Assembly: GCA_963749495.1 (NCBI GenBank)
Contig: CAVVMW010000023.1
Span: 1-64,000, forward strand
From: an uncultured bacterium
Lineage (GTDB): Bacteria; Verrucomicrobiota; Verrucomicrobiia; Limisphaerales; UBA8199
Reading direction: 5' to 3'
DNA: 64,000 nucleotides
Positions 51,908 through 61,600 of the stretch are shown here, in pieces (the stretch's first letter is position 1; each line of letters opens with the position of its first letter). A program made the position numbers and the translations under genes. The notes under the pieces are model-generated. The model had not been told where the DNA came from and made no database searches. It was given only the letters and a program-made list of their open reading frames with translations.

Positions 51908-52850
51908 ATGCGCGTCGCTTTCACCTCCCTCCCGGACTCGTTGGTCAGCCAGTTGGCCGTTCTGACCGCGCAACAAGCCCAGTTGCAGAGCCAGGTCGCC
52001 TCCGGCAAGCGCATCTCCCAGCTCGAGGACGACCCTGCCGCCATGCAGCAGGTGTTGAACTGGCAGGTCCAAAACAGCTCCACCGCCCAATACCGCCAGA
52101 ACATCACCTCCCTCCAGGAGCAGGCCAACAGCTCCTACAGCGCCCTGGATGGCCTCCAGAAACTCTCGGCCCGCGCCTCGGAAATCGCCACGCTCGCCGA
52201 CGGCACCAAGTCGCCCCAGGAACTCGACATCTACGCCAACGAGGTCAACGGGCTCGATCCAACAAGGCGTTCAACTCATGAACAGCCAGGACCAGGGCCA
52301 GTACCTCTTTGGCGGCACGCTCGCCTCCCAGCCGCCCTTTGTCGCGCAGACCGATGCCTCTGGCAACGTCACCGCCGTCTCTTACCACGGCAATCAGTCG
52401 GTCTCCTCGGCTGAAGTCGCCTCGGGCTTCGCTCTCTCCGTCCAGGCGCCCGGCGCCAATACCACCGGCGCCGGACCCGCCGGGGTTGTCACCGATTCGC
52501 GCAGCGGGGCCGATTTCTTCAACCATCTCATCGACCTGCGCAACAATCTCCAGGTCGGCAACACCCAGGCCATCGCCTCCTCGGACTGCACCGCCCTGAC
52601 CAAGGACCAGGACAACATCACCGCCCAGATCGCCGCCAATGCCCTGGTCCAGGCCCAACTCAGCGACGCCGACTCTGCTGCCTCGGCCCAGTCCACCTCT
52701 CTCGACCAGAATATTTCCCAGGCCTCCGACGTGAACCTGGCCCAGACCCTGACCGAGCTGTCGGCGACCCAAACCGCCTACCAGGCCGCCCTCCAGAGCG
52801 GCGCCAGCCTCCTGAACAAGAACCTCTCGTTGATGGACTATATCCAATGA
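51908..52850 (+). CDS. flgL: Hook-associated protein FlgL (frameshift near 52257)
   Basis: SGKRISQLEDDP, YLFGG, AYQAALQS...SLMDYI. Confidence 0.9.
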
Positions 52851-52904
52851 GCGCCGGGGCGTAACCCAAACGCTCCCGGCGGTCGTAGGGCCTCAATGAA
52901 GGTG

Positions 52905-53785
52905 GGAGCCTCACGGGGGCCGACCCCTCACCCCAGCCCTCTCCCCATCGGATGGGGAGAGAGGGCGTTCTCGGTGGCGTCCTGAGGGAGCGGAGACCCT
53001 TGAAAGTCACAGAGACTGCCGACGCTTCTCCCTCTCCCCTTTACAAGGGGAGGGTCCACGCCTACCGTCACTGCGTCGCTCCGCGACGCGCGCGCTGCCC
53101 CGGTTCACCGCGTAGCGGTGCCCGATGGTAGCCGTGGACTTCCAGTCCACGGACCCATGGCCCAAGCTCGACCGCGTCGCGTAGCGACGCCTGAAAACCG
53201 CGACGCTGTCAGGCGTCGCTCCGCGACGCGTGACCATTCCCACGCCCTGAGCCGTGGACCGAGGTCCTTGTCGTTACCCACATCGTCGGGTGCCCTCATG
53301 AAGCGGATCTGATGGGCGTCACGGATCTCCGAAGCACATTTCTCATCCCGGAGGGATGCCAGAAGGTAGCCGGGGGTCGAAGCGCAGCGAGACCCCCGGT
53401 GCCGCGACGGCAAGGGATTGCATCCCGGAGGGATGCCAGAAGGCGCCCGCCGCCAACGTGTGCTCTTCTGGCACCCCGCCGGGGTGCAGGGCCACCGACG
53501 CCCTCAACCGGGGGTCGCCGCTGGACGGCGACCCCCGGCTACCTTCTGCCAACCCTCCGGGTTGGCCGGGCGTTGCCGCCGGCTGGTATCAAGGGCGCCT
53601 TTGGCGGCTAAAACCGGCATGCTCCTCAGGCCTTTCTCCCGCCTGCTCAAAAGGGGAACTGATATGACCGCTCAGGAGATGAGAGTAAAGACAAGGACCG
53701 AGGTCCACGGCTACCTTCACTGCGTCGCTACGCGACGCCTCTCCCTCTCCCCTTCGGAAGGGGAGAGGACCGGGGTGAGGGGTCT
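52905..53785. repeat. Cluster of several nested palindromic repeat families
   Basis: CCCTCACCCC..CCCTCTCCCC..GGGGAGAG, GCGTCGCTCCGCGACGC x3-4, CATCCCGGAGGGATG x2, GGTAGCCGGGGGTCG/CGACCCCCGGCTACC. Confidence 0.8.
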
Positions 53786-53945
53786 GGCCCGCGCTCCCCG
53801 CACCTTAGCCCCGGCAAGAATTGACCGCCCTCCGGCACGGATTTTCCTCCCTCCCCCAGCCGTCCTATCGAGCGCAGGCCGGGCCAGGGCGGCAAGAGCC
53901 ACAGGCTCGGCCCCGGACCCCGGAAAAACAGGGGTCGGATCACGC

Positions 53946-53961
53946 TGGCACGTGCTCTGCT
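53946..53961 (+). promoter_or_regulatory. Sigma-54 promoter of fliW-csrA-fliC
   Basis: TGGCACGTGCTCTGCT. Confidence 0.6.
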
Positions 53962-53974
53962 TCGAGCAAGGCGA

Positions 53975-54409
53975 ATGAACTGCACGGTGATAGCGGGAAC
54001 AAGCGGGCTGGAGGCGCGCGGCGAGTGCGCTATCCGCATGCCGCTGGGGTTATTGGGTTTCGAGCACTGCAAGAGCTTCAACCTGGGCGCCCGGCCGCTG
54101 GAAGAGCCGTTTCTATGGCTGCAGAGCGCCGGGGAGCTCAAGGTATCTTTCCTGGTCATGTCGCCTTTTGTCGTGCTGCCGGATTACCGGCCGGACATCC
54201 CGGATGAAGACGCGCAATTCCTGGGCCTTGCAACGGCCGAGGACGCGCTGATCTTCAACGTGGTGACCGTGCGCGGGCCGCAGCAGGCAACCGTCAATTT
54301 AAAGGGGCCGATTGTGCTCAACCGCCGGACGTTGGTGGCCAAACAGGTCATCCCCCTCAATGCCCCGGACTATTCCGTGGCGCACCCGCTGCCCGTCCAG
54401 GGCGGCTGA
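53975..54409 (+). CDS. fliW: Flagellar assembly factor FliW
   Basis: GLLGFE, FLWLQS, TVNLKGPIVLN. Confidence 0.9.
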   Translation: MNCTVIAGTSGLEARGECAIRMPLGLLGFEHCKSFNLGARPLEEPFLWLQSAGELKVSFLVMSPFVVLPDYRPDIPDEDAQFLGLATAEDALIFNVVTVRGPQQATVNLKGPIVLNRRTLVAKQVIPLNAPDYSVAHPLPVQGG

Positions 54410-54423
54410 CCTGGAGCGCTTCC

Positions 54424-54747
54424 ATGCTGATCCTCTCGCGGAAACTCAATGAGAGCATCGTCATCGATGGGCGGATCACGGTCAAGGTGGTGCGGATCGA
54501 GGGCGAGGTGATCAAGCTGGGCATCGCAGCGCCCGCGGACGTCCCGGTCCACCGGCAGGAAGTCTATGAGGAGATTCGCCTGAGCAACGAAGCGGCGGCA
54601 ACCCAACAGCCCGGTCCGGTGCCGAAGCTTTCGACTCGCGGCGCGGCGCCCCAGGCGCGCTCGCGCTCTGAGGGCTGGCAGGAGTGCCGGCCCGAATCTG
54701 ACACCGAGGTCAGAATCCAGGACCAAACCAAACCCAAAGAAGCCTAG
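54424..54747 (+). CDS. csrA: Carbon storage regulator CsrA (C-terminally extended)
   Basis: MLILSRKLNESIVI...KLGIAAPADVPVHRQEVY. Confidence 0.95.
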   Translation: MLILSRKLNESIVIDGRITVKVVRIEGEVIKLGIAAPADVPVHRQEVYEEIRLSNEAAATQQPGPVPKLSTRGAAPQARSRSEGWQECRPESDTEVRIQDQTKPKEA

Positions 54748-54752
54748 AACTT

Positions 54753-55562
54753 ATGACAATCACGACCAACCTCCAGGCGCTCATCGGCGCCGACAACCTC
54801 AATGCAGCGCAGGCCCGGCTCAACAAGTCGCTGGCCCGCCTGAGCTCCGGCTCCAAGATTATCTCGCCGGGTGACGACGCGGCCGGCCTGGCGGCCTCCA
54901 CACAACTGGACGCCACCATCCAGCGCACCCAGGCCGCCCAGAGCAACGTCGCCAATGCCCTCTCGTTCACCCAAACCCAAGACGGCTACCTGGGCAAGAT
55001 CGCCACCGCCCTCAGCCGCATGAGCGAACTCTCCGTCCTGGCCCTCGATGAGACCAAGAGCGACAACGACCGCCAGCTCTACGACAAGGAGTTCCAACAG
55101 CTTAACTCGTATATCGTCGCGACGGCCGGAAAAGACTTCAACGGCGTCAGCTTGTTCTCCACCAGCTCCGTGGGCATCACCCTCGATGCCAACGATGCGC
55201 TCTCCTTGTCCATGGCCGGCATCAACCTGACTACCGGCGCCTATGGCGCCGTTGATGCCACCAACATCGCGACCACGGTCGCGGCCGGCGCCGCCATGGA
55301 TGCCGTCAACCTGGCCATCAATCAACTCTCCACAGATCGCGCCAGCCTCGGCTCCTACCAGGCCCGCCTCAACTACAGCGCCGACCAATTGGCCGTGGGC
55401 AACCAAAACCTCACGGCCGCCAACTCGGCAATCAAGGACGTGGACGTCGCCAACGAATCCACCGAGTACGCCCGCGAAAACATCCTGGTGCAATCGGCCA
55501 CCGCGATGCTCGCCCAGGCCAACCAGTTGCCCGCCACGGTCCTCAAGCTGATTACCGGCTAA
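54753..55562 (+). CDS. fliC: Flagellin (minimal, 269 aa)
   Basis: RLSSGSKI..DDAAGLA, RASLGSYQARL, IKDVDVANE, AMLAQAN. Confidence 0.95.
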   Translation: MTITTNLQALIGADNLNAAQARLNKSLARLSSGSKIISPGDDAAGLAASTQLDATIQRTQAAQSNVANALSFTQTQDGYLGKIATALSRMSELSVLALDETKSDNDRQLYDKEFQQLNSYIVATAGKDFNGVSLFSTSSVGITLDANDALSLSMAGINLTTGAYGAVDATNIATTVAAGAAMDAVNLAINQLSTDRASLGSYQARLNYSADQLAVGNQNLTAANSAIKDVDVANESTEYARENILVQSATAMLAQANQLPATVLKLITG

Positions 55563-55674
55563 GCGGCCGCCAGGGGGGACCCAAGCCGGCGGATGCCGCG
55601 CAGTTCTCGCGTCGCGGGCCCGATGCCGGCGATTGACACCGGGGTCTTTGTTCACCTGAAACCGATCCAACCGT

Positions 55675-58600
55675 ATGCCAAGGTTCACGCTGAAAGCCGA
55701 ACGACCCGTTGCCGTCGATTCACCCGACCATCTGAGCCCCCACGGTACGAAGCGCGACAACAGCCGAAACCCGATCTTCAACAAGAAGCTTGAGCACCTG
55801 CTGGGGCGCAAACCGCTCTGGGTGCTGGACTTGGGGTGCGCCGGAGGAGGCTTCGTCAAAGACTGCCTGGACCAGGGGCATACGGCGGTAGGGCTCGAAG
55901 GTAGTGATTACAGCAAGAAACAGCAACGCGCCGAATGGGCGACCATTCCCGAGCATCTGTTTACCTGTGATGTCTCCCGCCCGTTCGAATTGTCGTGCCT
56001 GGTCGAGTCCAACCATGAAACGACCCCGGTGCAGTTCGATGTCATTACCGCCTGGGAATTTATCGAACACATCAAGGAAGAGAACCTCCCGCAGGTCTGT
56101 CAAAACGCGTTGCGGCATCTGCGGCCAGGCGGCCTCTGGATCATGAGTGTTTCCCCCAATCACGAGGTGATTGACGGCAGGGTTCTCCACCAGACCGTCC
56201 AAAGTGCCGGCTGGTGGTTGAACTTCTTCAAGCAGCAAGGCTTCCAAAACCATCCCGAACTGGTGCAATACTTCGATTGCGACTGGGTGCGAGGTCCGCT
56301 GCAGAACGCGCCGGGCAGTTTCCACCTGATCTTAACCCGTCAGGGAGAAATCCCTCCTCGCCCGCCCTCTGACGCAGCCTGCTCGCCGGAGGACCTGTTG
56401 GCTGCCGGAAAAGAATTCCTTGCCGAACAGGCCTCCCCGAGCTACGCCGAGTACCTCTTGCGTCGCGCACTGCCGTTGGTTTCGCCTGGCACAAGGGTGG
56501 AGACTGGCAAGCTTCTGTCGGAACGTAACGTCCTGCTGGAATTGGCACTGGAGTGTTTCGACCGGGCCGCGCCATCCCAGGATGCTAATCCCGAATTGCC
56601 AGGGTTGCGCGCCTCGTGCCTGTTGCGGCTCTGTCGCTTTTCAGAAGCCGAAGACGTGGTCAACGCCGCGCGCCAAGATCACCCCAATGACACCGCCTTG
56701 CGGCAACTCCGTCAGGAAATTATGGGCCTCCTCGAAGACCCCGCGCGCGCCGAGCCCTATGGCCAGGAGGAATTCTGGCGGCGCGTCCATTTGGGCATAT
56801 TCCTCCGCAAGCACGGCCTGCTCGACCAATCGGCCGAGCAGCTCGCTCGAGCGGTGGCGCTGGACCGGGCCCGACGAGAGCGGCACGACCCATTACCGCG
56901 AGACGCTCAAGCTGCTCATCCAGCGGGCGCTTGAGGCTGGAAAAACCGAAGAGGCCATGCGGTTGTTCAAGACCGGCGGTGATGACGGAGGTGATCCCGA
57001 GTGGCGGGCGCTTGCGGACACAATCCGCGCGACAGATGGCGTTGCGCCCTCGCCGGCGGCGGTTGCCCAAGAGAGCCATGCCCAAAGGACCGCTGATCTC
57101 GTCGTCGGCCCGGACGAACATCGAGTTGTCGTAACCGCCGAGCAAACCGCTGCACCGGCGCCGCGTCCAGTCTCTGGGGGTCGCGCGGGCGGACCCAAGT
57201 TCTCGATCGTCACCCCCAGCCTCAATTGCGCGGGGTTGATTCGCCACTGCATCGAGAGCGTGCTGGCCCAGGGCTACCGGAACCTCGAGCATATCATCGT
57301 GGATGGAGCCTCTAAAGATGGCACGGTCGAAATCCTCAAACAGTATCCTCATGTGAGGTGGATTTCCGAGCCGGACCATGGCGAGGCGGAAGCGCTCAAC
57401 AAGGCACTGCGCCTGGTCACCGGAGATGTGATCGGGTGGCTCAATGCCGACGACCAGTACGTCCCCGGGGCGTTGCCCAAAGCGGCCCGGTGCTTCGAGG
57501 AGGATGCCTCGCGCCACCTGGTCTATGGGAAGACTGCCTTCATTGACGAGCAGGGCCAGCCGACCAATTGGGTCATGCCCTACGCGCCGCTCAACCTGAC
57601 GACCCTCGCGCGATGGTTCCGCCTGGACCTGTTCCAACCCTCGATCTTCTTCTCGGCCGCACTGTTCCGCGATGTCGGGCTCTTTCGCGAGGACTTGAAA
57701 TACGGCGTGGATTACGAGTATTGGCTGCGCATCGCCGAGAAGGGCTACGCGTTTTGCTACCTGGATCATGTGGTGTCCATGGCCATGATCTATCGCTCGG
57801 GCGGCAAGACCGAGACCCCATATGCCGCCAAGGCCCAGGAGTGGCTCGACATCCTCCGCCGATTCCTGCCGCGCCTGAGCGTGGGCGAGAGGATTCACTT
57901 CTGGAAGGACTTTTATCTGTTCCGCTCGCGCATGGCCAAGGCCTACTACGATAACGCGCCCATTCCGTTGCCGGAATCCGGTGAGGCCTGCACGGGCTTG
58001 CTCCTTGCCCACAAAGAGGCCGGATTTCTCAAACCGGACCAAATTCTGGCCATCCTCAATCAAACGCCGCACGGCAAGACAGCCAATTCCCTCGGGGTCG
58101 CTGCCGAAATATTCCGCATCCTCGGCCTGAAGGAGGAGTGCAAGCCAGTCTTCAGTCAGGCCCTGGGACTGGATAGGGAGGGTCCCGCGAGACCCGACGC
58201 TCCCGTCGCCCCTGCCCCTCCCCGACCCCAACCAACCCAGCCCGCACCCAGGCAGGCCACGTTTGCCCGATCGAAGCGCGCCAAAAGGCGCGCGCTCATC
58301 TTCTGGCCTTACTGTGCCTTGCCGCCGCAAACGGGCGCGCACGGGGTCGAACTGAGTGACTTCAGCGCGCTCAGGGAACTGGGATTCGATGTGACTCTCT
58401 GCGGCACGACTTTGTGTACGGATAACCCGTGGGATCCGCTTGGCCGCGCGGATGTGCAGAAAATGCTCGGGGCGCGAGTCTATTTCCATTCCGGCACCCC
58501 GGCCGATTTCGAATATGTCCACCAGCAGGAGAGACTCAGCCCCAAGGGGTGGGCGCGCTTCACGCCGCCCAGCCTGCTCGAGCATTTCCGCCAGGTCTTC

Positions 58601-61600
58601 GCGCACGAACAACCGGACCTGGTGCTCGTTCACTACCCTCGGTGGGGCAGGCTCGCCCTGGGCGAGGAATTTCAATCTGCCGTCCGTATCGTGCGCAGCC
58701 TTGATGTCACGACCGTCAACCAGCAGATGCTCGATGCCCTCACTCCCCGGCTCTCCTTCCCGGCCGACCCGAATCGAGTCGACCCCGCAATCCTCGAGGA
58801 GACCTTCTTTGCCGGCCTGGAGAACTCCCTCAAAACCGCGCGACGGGAGGAGTTCGACATTTACAACGGCTACGACGCAGTGGCTGCCCTGACGAGGGCG
58901 GACGCCCGGACCATTCAAGGGCGGGTCCGTGGCCCGGCGGTCTGCTTCGTCCCCGCCCTGGCGCCCCCGGCCAACGACCTCGCCAACACTTACAACGGCG
59001 GCCCTGTCCTGGCGATCTCCGATTATGCCCTGAACTATCAGGCCTACCTCTACTTTGCGGCGCGCGTGCTGCCTCGAATCCGACGGGAGATCCCGTCGTT
59101 CGAATTGACGGTCGTCGGCAGGGCCTGCGAGAAGCTGGCGCCCGTGACGGGTGTTCGCCCGTTGGGCTTCGTTCTGGACCTGGCGCCGGTGTACAAAGAG
59201 GCGCGGTTTGCGGTATGCCCCCTCATCGGCGGCACAGGCATCCAGGTGAAGATCGTCGAGGCCATGGCGAACGGCCTGCCGGTGATCGCCCTGGCCAATG
59301 TCGCGGCCAAGGTCCCGATCGTCCACGGGGTCAACGGCTTCGTCGCCGACAAGGCCGAGGCCTTCGCCCAATATGCCGTGCAGCTCAGCCGCGACGCGCG
59401 TCTGTGCCGCAAACTGGGGCAGGCGGCCCGCGCGACCATCCGGGAGGAGTTTTCTTTCGCCAAGAAGCTGGAGGCCTGGCAGGCCGCGCTGGCCGCCGCC
59501 GAGCAAGTGCGGGCGGCCGCCGCCCAGGGCCGTGCCTCTCAGCCGGCCCGGCCTCCGGCAGCGGGGCCCCAGCCGCCCGCGCGCCCCGCACCTGTTCAGG
59601 TCTGCCTCACGCGCCCAGCGGAACAGTTGCCGCGGCCCGTCATCGTTTCGCAACCCGCCCGCTCGTTGCCGAAGTTTTCGATTATCACGCCCTCCTTCAA
59701 TTGCGCCCAGTACCTGCGCTGCTGCATCGAGAGCGTGCTCGCCCAGGGCTATTCCAACTTCGAACAGATCGTCGTGGACGGCGGCTCCAAGGACGGCACG
59801 GTCGAGATCCTCAAATCCTATCCCCACCTCAAGTGGGTTTCCGAGCCGGACAAAGGGGAAGCCAACGCGCTGAACAAAGGGCTGCGTCTGGTCGGCGGCG
59901 ACATCATTGGCTGGCTCAATGCCGACGACTTCTACGCGGAGGGCACGTTGCACGCGGTGGCGGGGCTGCTGGACCCTGCGGCGGGCAAGCATGTCGTGTA
60001 CGGCAAGACGCTGATGCTGGAGGAGAACGACCGCCCGAGCGGGCTGCGCATCCCCATTGTGCCGGCCAACCTCTACACCCTGATGCGGTGGTACCGCCAC
60101 CTCCAGATCTATCAGCCCTCGATGTTCCTGGCCCGGTCCGTGGTCCAGCGAGTTGGTGCGTTTCGCGAAGACCTCTCCTATTCGGTGGACCTCGAGTACC
60201 TGGATTCGCATCGCCATGGAGGGCTTCTCCTTCCATTACGTGGACCGGATATTGTCCCGGATGCGGTTGATGCGCAGCGGCGGCAAGACCTCGCACACTT
60301 ATGCCGCCAAGGACCGGGATTGGCTGGCGGCGTGCCTGCCTGCACTCCAGGGATTGTCGGGACCCGAGCGGGTGGCCTTCTGGAAAGACTACTATTCGCA
60401 CCGACTGCTCAATGCCGGCCTCTACGAGGGCGCGCCCTTATGTGAACCGCCTGACGACCAGGCAGGGCGCGGCCTTTTCCTGGCCGCGCTGGACGCCGGC
60501 CGATTGGGCCATTTCATACCCGGGCTCGAGGCGGCCGTGCGCCGGTTCCCGGAGGCGGGGGATTTTCGCTGGTTCTTGGGCGAGGCCCTGGCCAGTGCCG
60601 GACGCCCCGAGGAGTCCGCTCAAGCCTTCTGTGCTGCCGCCCGCCTTGCCAATCCGGACCATACTCCCACGGCCAGCGTCAGCGCCGCCCCTTCGTCATT
60701 CGTCATTCGTCATTCGTCATTCGTCCCTCCCGCATCGCCGGAGTCCCAAGCCGAGCCAATCTCGGCAGCCATCGCCTCGCCTGCCGTCCGCAGCCGGCGG
60801 GCCCTGGTGTTTTTCCCCATGCCTTTGAGCCGGCGCGCACGGGCGCGCACCGGCGCTGCATCTCGATGTTGCAAGGCCTGCAGGCCCTGGGCTACGAGGT
60901 CGAGTTGGTCTCCAGCGACCTCTTCACCGATCAACCCTGGACCGAGTCCGGCATCGAGGCCATTCGGAGGAGCTACGGCGTCAACGTGCAGTTGCACCGG
61001 GGCACTCCTCTGGACAGGCAATTCGTCCAACAAGCCGCGGCGGCGGGGCGGCTCTGGGACCTGCACGTGCCGCCGGGGCTGCGGGGTTTCTTCAGCGAGG
61101 CCTGCCGGACCCTCCAGCCGGAGTTGGTCTTGATCAATTATGCCTACTGGGCGGGCCTGGCGGGCGGGCCTGGCCTCGAGGCTCCGATCCGGCTGATCGA
61201 GATGCACGACCTGGTCACATTGAGCCGCGCCCGGGCGATGGCCGCCAACCGGTTCCTCCCGCAGCCGCCGTTCACCTTGCGCACGACCAACCCGGTCTTC
61301 CTGCAGGAAGATTTCTTCGAAAAGCTCAACCTCGCTCCGGCGCCCGGCGAGTTCGCGCAATACGCCCCGTTCGACGGCGTGATTGCCATCTCGCCCACCG
61401 AGGCCGAGATGGTCCGGCAACATGTCCCGGGCGCCAATGTGCATTACCTGCCCGTGGCCTTGCCGGTGCGGGACCTGGACAACACCTACGCCGGCGCGCC
61501 GCTCCTGGTAATCTCGAACAATCCTTTCAACATTCAGGGCTACCTCTTTTTCGCGAGGGACATTCTCCCGCGATTGCGCCGGGAGGTCCCGGGCCTCACG

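Noticed and set aside
52905..53785. Possible CRISPR array
   Set aside because: Repeats are heterogeneous palindromes without constant length or unique regular spacers; no cas genes.
56720..60217. 1165-aa minus-strand ORF and similar long antisense ORFs (49936-51636, 48127-49569, 24310-25818, 28140-29393)
   Set aside because: Shadow ORFs of high-GC genes that have clear homology on the other strand.
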